Source of the DNA: Cyanophora paradoxa CCMP329
Lineage: Eukaryota > Plantae > Glaucophyta
Reading direction: 5' to 3'
NCBI GenBank assembly: GCA_004431415.1
Contig: QPMI01000697.1
Location: forward strand, 1 to 58,364
Length of the DNA stretch: 58,364 nt
Part shown: positions 33,463 through 45,000 of the stretch, in pieces
How the letters are laid out: each line of letters opens with the position of its first letter
Position numbering within the stretch: position 1 is the stretch's first letter
Program-made: the position numbers and the translations under genes
The notes under the pieces: model-generated
Seen by the model: only the letters and a program-made list of their open reading frames with translations
Told to the model about the DNA's origin: nothing
The model's database searches: none

Positions 33463-36177
33463 GTGTGTCTATGCCGCCCGCTGAATCACAGCCCCGCGAG
33501 CAGCGTCCTCGCCGTGTTCTTGGTTCTGTCCTCCCTCGTGCTTGGAGGCATCACCTTCTGGCTCATCCAGATCACGAAGGAGACGCGTGTGCACCCCAGC
33601 GGCTTCATGGTGGCCATGGCCTCAACGCCCGCATCCGGCGCGACCGCTCGCGAACAGGCCGTCCTCGTCGGCAGGCCTGTACGTTTTGCCCCAATGTTTG
33701 TCCAGACACGTACTAAATGCACTCATGATCACGCACTCGCTGGCGCCCAGATGACGAGTTTCACACTCGACACTTCGCTCGTTCAGGCGCATATTCGACG
33801 TGTCCTGCTCTCCGCGTTCTCCGGGAACGGAACCGAAGAAGATCCGATAATTGCGTTCGGCACGGCAAAGCGCGATACGGCTGTACCAGTCTGTCACGCA
33901 TACAACCAAGGACACCTTCTCATTTCCGTACACGTGCGTCTACTTTGTAAACTTTGCGAATGAAGAAATCAGCGTCGATATCGTTAAGTTCCCGATACCG
34001 ATGCGAGGACAAGTATTCGCGATCGGGCAACGCGCGCAATGCCGTCAATACGTATGCGTATGCAAGTCAACCAATGCCGCAGTGCGCACGCACAGGTCCG
34101 ACTGGGCGCAACGCGCGTCAAGGAGGTGGATGAGGTCCGCATCGTCTCGGCCAGCGGGTGCGCAGAGGCGGACGAGGGCGCTGAAATTGCTGGCGAGGTG
34201 AGCGTTCGCAGAGGAGTTTTCGCGTGCCAAAGTAAAATATAATTTGAATAACATAGACGTCAACGTCGGCAGATACACTGGAGATCGGCGCAGATCACCA
34301 TATTGTGCCCTGCGGCAACGAATGTTTCGAAGGACGTCGAACCGCAAGGAAACATGAGCTCTCCAGTTTGTACTCTTTTCACACGCCAGAAATGTGCGTG
34401 ATCGCGTTTTGCTGATGCATATATGCGCGCTATCGCTACTTATGTAATTATAATTACGAGCTATGCCATTATTTTTCTACATATATATGCATTTATAATT
34501 ACCTATATTGTGAATAAAACTGCCGCTGCGCCAAGATTTCATTAATATTCGATATTTTGCCACATACATACATTCCATAATATAAGCTCGAATCGAAAAG
34601 CCAATTATGAGTAAGTGGACTTGTTCATGAATCGCTTCTAATAACCAGAGCAGCGGTGGCGCGAGCGCTCAAGGACATGGCTCTTTCGAGCCGAAATACG
34701 CTTGTTATGGAGAAGGGTCTGCGGCGTTCGCTTATGTCCGCTCTGAACGAAGTGGGTTTCACAACTGCGGATCCGGATGAGGCCATGGCCAGTCCTTTCA
34801 AAAAATCGGATAACCTTGAGCGGGCTGTGGGTTGGCACAGGTTGGTGCCTGTGGGCTGTTCTCTTCGAGGCTCTTTTACATGCATATGGTCTCGATGATT
34901 GCGTCAGGCTCGGCTTCTTCTCATATGATGAATGCACCCTTGCTGCATCCAACTCAAGCGCAAGCTCGCGATCGGCTCTTCATACGCACTCTGCTGAAGA
35001 GTAAGCAAGCGCTTGAAAGTCCTTCCGATACTCTTTTACAAAGTACCATAGAAATAATAATTCGCAAGAATTTCACCAAGCTTTTATATATGCATTGAGC
35101 AACAAAATATATCAGAACGTAATATCAAACTGTGCTATTCAAAATATTGCCTTCAGTCAACTTGTGAGTCAAGGAGTCTAATTAATCTCGGCAGATGCGG
35201 CTCCGCTTTCTTCTCCGGCCGTGAACAGCACGGGCGACTCCGCAACGGCAGGAATCTGTTGAGAACACTTGATGAGTGCTTCCACGGCTCGAGCACGCTG
35301 CGCCTGGAGGACGGCCGCGTCCTGCGCGTCGACGATCCGGCCCTCCGCCACAGCCCCGACCGCCACCTCCGCGTCCAGGCCGTCGCCCCTGACGGCTCAC
35401 TCCGTTTCATGGCGCGCGCGCTCCGACGCTGCGACATCCCGCTGCCTCCGGCAATACTGATCAGAAGCTTGATCGCTCTCTCAGACGCTGTATGGGCAAG
35501 CCCACAGGCCGCAGTACGAGCCGCGGCCTTTTGTCAATATCACCACCCCGTCCTCTTCCCTCGTGCTTACGCCGGGTCCGCGCGAATACGTAAACATATA
35601 TATACCTCGTATCTTTATCGTCCACGCAGGCCACTTGCTCTATGCTGGGACGCTTCGCAACTGGCGCTTCGCAACTGTGACGCCCGCCGAGCAAGTCTCT
35701 GAGGGACAGTACGTGTTCGTGGAGAGCTCGAACGGCGCAGGCCTGCAGCTGGTGGCGGAGCAAGTCATCAGCGTGGAGCGAGTGGTCGAGTCCGGGGCGT
35801 TCGGGCTCTGGGTAGACGGCGGCAACATCGTCGCCAACGGCGTCGCCGCCTCCTGCTCCTCTGTCCCCTCCGGTGCGCGTACATGCATTGCGATTGCCTC
35901 GAGCTCGCGGTCGGCTTGCGACGTGGGTTCCGACGGGCTCTCAGGTGACATGGCCGGCTGGAAGGTGCAAGCATACTACCTGCTGGATCAGGCATCCATC
36001 TTTTTCATTGGCCTCATCTACCCGCTCTTCCGCCTATTCGCGGAGAACCCTCGCCTCGCCTTTGAAAACTACATGCACAACTCGTGGACCTTTCACCCTC
36101 ACATCCGCTGCTGCGTCGCAGCTGCCCTTTTTGTTTCCGTCTCGCACCGTCTTTCAGCCAAGGCTGTTACAAAATAA
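33463..36177 (+). CDS. Host multi-exon gene(s): N-terminal membrane segment and C-terminal Hedgehog-type Hint domain
   Basis: ECFHGSSTLRLEDG, spliced LTPG|HLLY, GNIVANGVAASC. Whether the exons at 33.5-35 kb belong to the same gene is uncertain. Confidence 0.75.
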
Positions 36178-37249
36178 AAGGCTGCTTAGTGGCCCGACTG
36201 CGCAGATCTAGAGGCGCATCATTAGCTTTAGCGAAGCAGTGAAACTTCACAAGCCTCAGTTTAGCAACACAGGTTTTCGCTTTCGACATTGCACGTGCGT
36301 AAATAAATCAGATACGTGTCTGGAAAATATATATACACAATTGTAATTGCAATTGCAAGCATGCGCCGAAAAAAGACTTAATTGTGACTGGCAGCGGCGC
36401 ACTAAAAGCAGAAGCTAAGCGCTCGCGATCGCTGTTGTTGTTGGGAGCGCCCTTATATATGTTACTATTAATTATATTATTAAGCTTGTCACTTCTTATA
36501 TATATAATTATTGGCGACATTGCGAACTTGCGCATGCTTGCTTGTGCTCGAGCGCACTGATATATATATATGGTCACGACGACGAATTCGAAGTACATGT
36601 GATTGCTTTGTTGTCTCTTAATATCACTCCGTATACCTACGGGGGGTTCGCCCTGCTGTAGTCTACACAGCGCTGTTAATGTAATGTATATATATTATAA
36701 TACGTGTACGATTACGTATACATAGTCTCCGAGTCTCCGCGAGCCATATTCCGAGGTTCGATCGTAACGACTCGAGAGCAGGCCCCACGTGCACGCGTAC
36801 GTGCACGCCACCGCTATGTGGGGCGGGCGCGCGCAAGCGATTAGCAGATGTCGGTCGCATGGTTAATCCCCTGGCGAGCTCGTAGATAGAGGTGCACTTT
36901 GAATGCACGAACGACCCCAGCGGTACCCGGTGTCCTCTTCCGGAATCACATTGCAGACAAGACAGTAGACTCAACAGGCTAAGAGAAGTATTGTGGGCGA
37001 TGCACGTGCGCGCGCTCAAGCCGCGGACTGCTCATGATCACGTGTGTTTCGAGATTCAAAGACATGGAGCGACTCTGGATCCGCACACGCCCCGCGGTCG
37101 AGATCTAGATTTATCTATAAACCTCGCATCGATAACACTTCTTTCTTGAGTTCCACACTGCGTAGTTGTTGCCGCGACTGCGTCATTTGATAGGCGCGGC
37201 TTGCGGCTGACGACGAACTCGTATCTGTCCTATCGGCGAATATCAAATC

Positions 37250-39750
37250 AGCTCATTCACGTACGCATACATATAAGTCAGGGCGCCGGCTTCCGAGTTC
37301 GCACTTGTCCGTGAATAGTTGCGCCGTGGATCCATAAAGCTGAGGCAGGAAGAGGAAGGGCACCAAGCCCGAGAACATGCTCAGGTAGTCGATCACCATA
37401 TGCCACCAGGACCGGAGTGCTAGATGGTTCATATCCAAGTTTCGTATACAAAACTCGTGATACCTGCACGTTTACATAGAACTAAGTATAAACAGTGTAA
37501 ATTTAAATATGTGTGTGTATTATCTAAGCAGTACTTACCACTCGTACCAGTACATATTAATCGAGTGAGCAATGAAAAGGGCCGCTTGCAAGTAAAACCC
37601 AATGTGAACGGAGAGAGAAGCCCACGGGTCGTTAATTTTAACGTTCTTGGAAACGAAGAAAGACGAAATGGCCAGGATGAATGTGTGAAGATTCAGAATA
37701 TGAATCTGCAGCGTAACGCAGGCGATGTTCGTGACTCATTCTCGTCTTTTCTCGCAATTGATTACTAGTAAGTGCGAAAGCGATTCGAAGTTCGCACCTC
37801 AAAAAGCCTGAACCCGTACAAGAGGATGAGTCGAATTGGAGGCTTTTTTTCGTTGAACATGGCCTCCGTAAAAAAGTACGCAAGGTCAACACTGCCCCAC
37901 ATATGGCGTTTGGCCTAATCATGATCATGAGCCGCGCGCGCGCGCTGAGCACACGCATATGCATGGCGTCGATATTCGAAGGCATGCGCATTTGAATGTC
38001 GATATATGATTGATGTGCAGCTTGCGCATGCTCACCTGTTTGAAGCGACTGCGTATAGTGCCGAAGTACGTGGGCTCCCAGACGTCGCTGTAGGATAAAG
38101 GAACAGGGATAAAAGTCGTGCTAACGGAACCCTGCGTCTTGAAGAAGCACTTTAAATACATGTGAATTTCCTGCGGATGCGATAATTAATACTTGTAATT
38201 ATAGTGCGCATTAATATTGTTAGCTGAAATATTTGCGAAGATTTGTGGTTTGCTCACATCGCCAATAGCATCGTCCCCGGTGTCCCAGAATCCAACATTT
38301 TTCGCAAGTGCCAGTGACAGAGAGTAGGTCGAGCATGGAGGGGAGAAGACCGCTGACGGATGAATAGTAGACAGGACGGCTACGGCCCAGCTCATATCTG
38401 CTCGCCTCACCATCGATGGCACTTCCTGTAAGACAAATTTAGCTATAGTGGGACAACGATGCGAAGTTATCTGTCAGGTGACATGTACAGGTCTTATAAT
38501 TAACACAGGAATGCGCACGAGAAGATTTTGATCAAAAATCTGAGGGGGTGCGAACATCATGCGCCTCCGTTCGTCCAGCGACGCCGCAGCAAAATGACAC
38601 GCAAGCGCCTCAAAGTACGAAGCGCTGAAAAGAGTGTCCTGCGCGCGGCAACGTACTCGAAATCTAATGATCGGATACTGATCATGGTCATAATTGGAAA
38701 GGCGTTTACGCACCGCGTCAGCCAAGGTGACGACAACTTGGTCAATATCGACATCAAGCATCTCGCACACACGACGGACCGCCCAATTCATGTTCGATCC
38801 CTTATGGCGAGCTTCGCCTGGCAAATTTGCCGGATGAAAGGTCGTGTCCAGGCGTCTAAATGCATTTTTATAGAGCCTTCCAATGCGTGCAGCCTTCGAT
38901 CTTGAGCCGATCTCGCGCTCCTCCATCGCTGGTCGTGAACATAATTCACAAATCAGAAGGCAGACCTTCGGACACAGGCTTAAGCACTGTGTTCTAAGCG
39001 AAGCTCGAGGGCGGTTCACATACCGAGCACAACGTGGTACGTTTTGCGGGCTGCGGCATGGGAAGCCAGGCGGGAGAGGGTCGCACGCAGCGTGGCCTCG
39101 TCCTCCATGTAATTCGGGATGACGATAAGCTGCTGCACGTCATTGAACGCGAGGTCTGATTGCGAACAGCGGCCGCGGGCAGCGTCCTGCGTTGAATTTG
39201 GTCGCGAAGATGGGTCCGTGCACACGCAAAATTCGAAGCCGCCGCTGCTGGTACGTATACTAGTACTGCGCATGCTGCTGGCCACGGGTTGCACACCTAG
39301 ACCTACGCCCGCAGAACGATGCTCCTTCAGCTGCTTGCAACGCAAGCGCCAGTCGATCCCTTTGGCGGCAACGACAGCACACAGGCTGCGGTAAAAGTTG
39401 TACGTGCTCCGCAGGGTGCAGTACACGAGCACACTGTGATAAGCTAGAAAGACGAAAGCGTAGGCAGACGGGAAGCTTTCGGGGCCCCAGATGGCTGCGC
39501 AATCGCGATCGGCTACGATCCGGAAGCGATGTTTATCGATAATGCGCATGCATTCGTCCGCACCGAAAGGAATTAAGGTCCAGAGCCAAACACCATGCAG
39601 CCGCCGCGCGACGCGCCGCACCCACTGGCGGACACGCGTCGGCGAGCTCGAGCTCGAGGCCGTCAACGGTGGTGAGCGCATATGCATGGAGCTGCAGCAA
39701 GCAGCTGCAGCACGCAGCTGCAGCTGCATGGATCGGGATTCCGGGAGCTG
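37250..39750 (-). CDS. Host GT2-family membrane glycosyltransferase, multi-exon
   Basis: IVIPNYMEDEATL, VVLGMEERE, HPANLPGE..KGSN, TLADA|DT, VGFWD..IGD, and R.KQ..RH.WG across an intron. Confidence 0.85.
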
Positions 39751-40143
39751 CCTCACTGCGGGCCCCAGCCGGTCGGTCGGGCCGGTCGGGCTGCGCGGCC
39801 AGCCGGCGCCGCCGCAGCGCTACCGTAGCGCAGGCTGCAGCTGCAGGCTGCAGCTGCAGCGGCAGTGCAGCCTGCAGCCTGCAGCGCGGCTCGTCGCGTG
39901 CCACGGTGTGACGGTGAGCCTGGCCCAGCCGGCGGACGGCTAAAAAAGCCATCCTACAGTAATGAATTCACTGTTCACTGCCGTTACACTGACTCAGTGA
40001 CCGTGAGGTCCGTGACTCGGACGTACGCGCCGCGTGGCTTCCGAGTTCAGCAGCTTCAGCTGCAGGCTGCAGCCTGCAGCCGCAGCCACGCGTACCGCGG
40101 CGTACGTAGTACGTAGTACGTACTCGCGCACGTACTACGTATA

Positions 40144-40404
40144 CCGTGTAACACAAAAATATGGCTGACAGATTTATGTCGTTATAAATGTAAAACTTGA
40201 CCCTTCTCATGGTGAAATATGACGGTCCCAAATTATGTCGCCATGAAATTTTCAGGCTTGTATGGGGCAGTACATTATATGGGGCGACTTACTGTACCCG
40301 TTTTATGACGGTCCCAAATTATGTCGTCAGATCATGTCCGAACCGACATAATTTGGTACCGACATAGTAAAGTGCCCGTCATATTATTGTGTTATACTAT
40401 ACGG
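40144..40404. mobile_element. MITE family B, copy 2 (inverted relative to copy 1)
   Basis: Reverse complement shares GACATAATTTGGGACCGTCATA and CCATACAAGCCTG blocks with copy 1; TA|CCGT...ACGG|TA ends. Confidence 0.8.
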
Positions 40405-41093
40405 TATACTGTAGCTAGCTGTTCAAAAGTTAGATAACAATCAACGCAAATTGCCATGGCCAGGACCGTCGGACCGTTGATGGCTACATTGGCTAGTAGC
40501 CTAGTAGACTAGTAGTAGTAGGATCTCCCATCATCTTCGCCGAGTACTACTACTGTACTCAGTGACTACGGTACTACTACAGTACTAGTACTACTAGGCC
40601 GGCTAGTACGTCTGGACTCTGGACTCTGGATGGCACTGATGTCAGTCTGATGATGGCAGAAATTGGCAGTGCGCATCACGCAGCGCATCATCGCTGCGCA
40701 TGCTGCGCATGCGCTGCCTGCGCATACAGTAATTTTTTTCGATCAATTGCAAGTTGGTACCATGTACTACCCATCGATTGGAACCTCAAGCTCGCAAAAA
40801 ACAACGTACCAGTACTACTGGTCCAGTAGTAGGGTTGCCGGCGACTTGCCGCTTACACTTACGAACGACTTACGTAAGTGACTTAACTTACACTCTACTT
40901 ACACTTACGGCCCCCGAAAACCGACTTACGGGAATTCGAAGTTACGGCCGTAAGTCGTAAGTCGCCCCCCAGGATACCCCCTTCGACCAGCGAAAAACGA
41001 CCTAATTCGGACCCAAAACGATCTATAGAAACACTGTAAAAGACTCTGAGAGTGTTTCTCGCTCAAGCTTGTTCAGCAGTCAGTTTCACCAAG

Positions 41094-41141
41094 AGAAGGG
41101 TCAAGTTTTATAACGACGTCGTTATAAAACTTGACCCTTCT
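41094..41141. repeat. Perfect 48-bp palindrome
   Basis: AGAAGGGTCAAGTTTTATAACGAC immediately followed by its reverse complement. Confidence 0.9.
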
Positions 41142-42049
41142 GTTCGCGCCGCGGCCGACCGCTTCGGAGGGATCTGGCACGCTGCACCGCAGCGCCTGCG
41201 CCCGCTTCGCGGCCGCGGGTTAACGTTAACGTTGCTCCGCGCCCGGCTCGCGGCCGCCGGCACCGCCGATGACTCGGCGACGAGCGCTGCGAATCGAAGG
41301 CGCCGTCGGCTTCTGCCACGGTCTTCAGAGCCACTGTCTCAAATTTTGGGTCACTGAGTCAGTGGCGCGCGCCCCGCCGGGGCTCGTGTCGTCCGCTATC
41401 AGTTACTGAACTTTGGTGCAAGAAATTGAACAATTGCGAAGGGGGTAGAATGCGCTGGTCAGTCCCTGATAGGGGGGTATAGAATGCTCTCGAGCTCAGT
41501 GGTCCCTCACAACCATTGCAATTTCCCAGCCAGGCCTGGCCATGGTACTGTGGTGAAAAGGTACTCAGTGGCTATAGTTCATTGTACTACAGTTAAGCCA
41601 ATTTAACGTTAAAGGTTACCCGGTGACCAGTACTCTCACTGTTACTCATCAGTGACTAATTATAAACTTTGTAAAAGTAACTTCAAGTAAAAGGCGCCCC
41701 CCCGGCTTGTGCGAAATCGCGAATTTCACATTAAATACAAGCACATCATGATCAGTTCTAGTACGGGCCCGGTTGCTACGGGTGCGCTGAGAGCACAAAT
41801 CACGGGGGTACCACTTCGACGTTGGCGCCCCTTGACCGAATTCTAGCAAAAAAGCTAGGAAATCTAGAAAAAGAAAGAAAGACATCTACCGGCAGGAGTG
41901 CAGGAGGCCGAAAATAGGCCTGCAATACGTTTTCGAAACCCTACGACCTACGTACGTGTACGCGTACATTTACAGGGCCGAGACGAGCGAGGAGCGTCTG
42001 TAGAGCAGCCGAGACGAGAAATTCCAGCAGTTACCGAGTCTAATTACAA

Positions 42050-45000
42050 GTTTGCGCCGGCGTCCGGCGAGGCTACGAGGAGGGGCGGGCGGCCGGGCCG
42101 CCGACGCCCTGCCGCTGGCAGTGGGCGCCGCGCGCGAGGAGGGCGCCCGGCACAGCGATGCTTGCCACCCGCGGGGGCCGGCGGGGCGGGGGCGGGGCGG
42201 GGCGCGGGCGGCCAGCGCGCCGGCGGGGGTTGGGGCTGGGCGGGCGCCGGGGCGGGCCGGTGCAAGTGCGCGTGGGCGGCGGCGGGCGCGGGAGGGGCGA
42301 GGGTGGGTCGGGCCGCTCGGGGCCGCCTCCCGGTCGGGGTCGCCCCCGGGCCCTGCCCGAACTTGCGGGCCAGCCGCACCTGTGCGCGCGGGGCGCCGGC
42401 GTCAGGACCCCGAGACCCCAGGGGCGGGGCGGGGCGGGGCGGGCGGGGCGGGCGGGGCGGACCGTGTCGAAGCGGGAGAGGGGCGCCGGCCCGGCGCGCG
42501 CCGGGGCGACGCGCACGGGGCGCGCCCCTCCTCCTCGTCGGCCGCCAGGAGGGCCTCGGGGTTGGCCTGCGCCCCGGCGGGGGCGCCCGGCGGGGCGGCC
42601 CGCGGCCGCGCGTGCGCCGCCTGCAGCCGCCGCGCGAGCATCGCCCCCTTCTCCGACGAGAGGCGCGACCCGCCGCCGCCACCGCCGCCGCCGCCCGCCC
42701 CGGCCCGGCGCACGTCTCGCCGCCCGCCGGCGCCGGCGCGGGAGGGGCCGGCGGGTGGCTCGCGGTGGCAAGGGCGGCGGGGGCGCTGCGGGTGGCCGCC
42801 GGCGCGTCGGGGCCCGAGGGCGCGAGCGGCTCGTCCGCCGAGCGTGAGCGGCCGATCGGGCCTGCCGCCGCCTCCGACGCCGGCGCGGGGGCGGAGCGGG
42901 GGCCTCAGAGGGGCCGCCGAGGGGGCCGGCGGGTGGGAAGCCGAGGGGGCCGCCGCGGGCGCCCCGCGCGGGTGGGGAGGAGCGCGGGGCGGGCGGGTGC
43001 GGGTGCGGTTGCGGTTGCGGGGGCGGATACGCCCTCGGCCGCCGCCGGGGAAGGGTGGTGTTCGGGGCGGTGGGGCGGTTGCGGGGCGGCTCGGGGGCCG
43101 CCCCGAGGCCAGGGGCGGCCTCCTCCTCGGGGGGGAAATCGTAGGGGAGTACGGCGTCGAGGGCGCGCCCGCCACCGCCGCCGCCGCCGCCGCCAACACC
43201 GCCGGCCCGGCGCCCGCCGCCGCCTCGCCGCTCCGCCCCGCCGTAGCCGTGCGCGCCCGCCGCGCTCTCCGCCTGCGGAAGAGAGTGGTCAGGCGGCGGG
43301 TCCAGCTGAATGCAGCGGGGGAGGGGCAGGATGAAGGCGCGATCAGCGAAGCAGAATAGGTGATCTTCAGAGCTTCGCTCGGAAGCAGAACTGGATAATT
43401 GGTTTGTCATCCTTTAGAGCGTCTCAGCCTAAAGAGGTTCTAGAGTGTTCGGCTATCCCACGAGACGCGATCAGCGAAGCAGAATAGGAGATCTTCAGAG
43501 CTTCGCTCGGAAGCAGAACTGGATAATTGGTTTGTCATCCTTAAGAGCGTCTCAGCCTAAAGGGGTTCTAGAGTGTTTGGCTATCCCACGAGACGCGATC
43601 AGCGAAGCAGAATAGGTGATCTTCAGAGCTTCGCTCGGAAGCAGAACTGGATAATTGGTTTGTCATCCTTTAGAGCGTCTCAGCCTAAAGAGGTTCTAGA
43701 GTGTTCGGCTATCCCACGAGACGCGATCAGCGAAGCAGAATAGGAGATCTTCAGAGCTTCGCTCGGAAGCAGAACTGGATAATTGGTTTGTCATCCTTAA
43801 GAGCGTCTCAGCCTAAAGAGGCTCTAGAGTGTTTGGTTATCCCACGAGACGCGATCAGCGAAGCAGAATAGGAGATCTTCAGAGCTTCGCTCGGAAGCAG
43901 AACTGGATAATTGGTTTGTCATCCTTATAGCGCCTCAGCCTAAAAGGGCTCTAGTGTTCGGCTATCCCACGAGACGCGATCAGCGAAGCAGAATAGGTGA
44001 TCTTCAGAGCTTCGCTCGGAAGCAGAACTGGATAATTGGTTTGTCATCCTTAAGAGCGTCTCAGCCTAAAGAGGTTCTAGAGTGTTCGGCTATCCCACGA
44101 GACGCGATCAGCGAAGCAGAATAGGTGATCTTCAGAGCTTCGCTCGGAAGCAGAACTGGATAATTGTTGTGTCATCAAATAAGCGTCTCTAGCCCGCCAC
44201 GAAAAGATATCCCACCAATGCCCCCCCCCCGGCCGCGGCGGCAATCAGGTGGAGAAAGGTCGTGATCTTCAGAGCGGCGCTCGGAAGCAGAACTGGACAT
44301 GACGTGGTTCTCATCACGCAGCCCGCGGCCGGGCACCAAACCCCCCTCGAACCCCGCCCGCCCTCCCACTCCCCACCCGCCCCCGCCCGCCCTCCCCGCC
44401 CGCCCTCCCCGCCCCGGGCAGGGCCCTCGAGGAAAGCGCACCGCGCGGGCGACGGCGGTGGAGTCGGCGCCGAACTCGATGCGCGCGAGCTCGCGGTCCC
44501 CACCGCAGACGGCGTGCTCCTCCGGCCCCGCCTCGAACAGGCTCTCCCCCCTGCGCCCCCCGCTCGCCCCCGGCGCCCCGGTGCGCGGGGCCCGGGCCCG
44601 CCGCACCGCGCGACGTCGATGAGGGGGCAGGCCGGCCCGCGCCCGTACGCCTGCGGGGGCGGCGGCGGCGGTCGGACCGGACCGGCTCGCTCGCGAGGCG
44701 GACGCGGCGCGGGGAGGCCGCCCGCACCGCGACAAGCGCGTCCACGAGATCGTCGCCGTAGCCGGCCGGCGGCTCGTCCGGCCCCGCCCCGGAGGAGGAG
44801 GAGGAGGCGAGGGGCGCCAGGTCCTCCGTCTCGAGCATCGACTGCAGCTCCCGCGCCGGCTGCCCGCCGCGCGTCAGAGGCGGGGCGCGGGGCGGCGCGC
44901 GCGGGCGAGGTCGTGGGCGGCGGGGCGGGGCGGGGCGGACCTCGGCGAGGAGGCGGTCGAGGTCGGCGTCCTCGACGGGCGGGCACGGCCGCACGTTGCT

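Noticed and set aside
40825-40970. ACTTAC-repeat region starting TAGGGTTGCC as a transposon end
   Set aside because: No matching opposite end found, so it was left unannotated.
43338-44190. CRISPR array or plain satellite
   Set aside because: No unique spacers and no cas genes; C/D boxes and rRNA-antisense guides explain the conserved part better.
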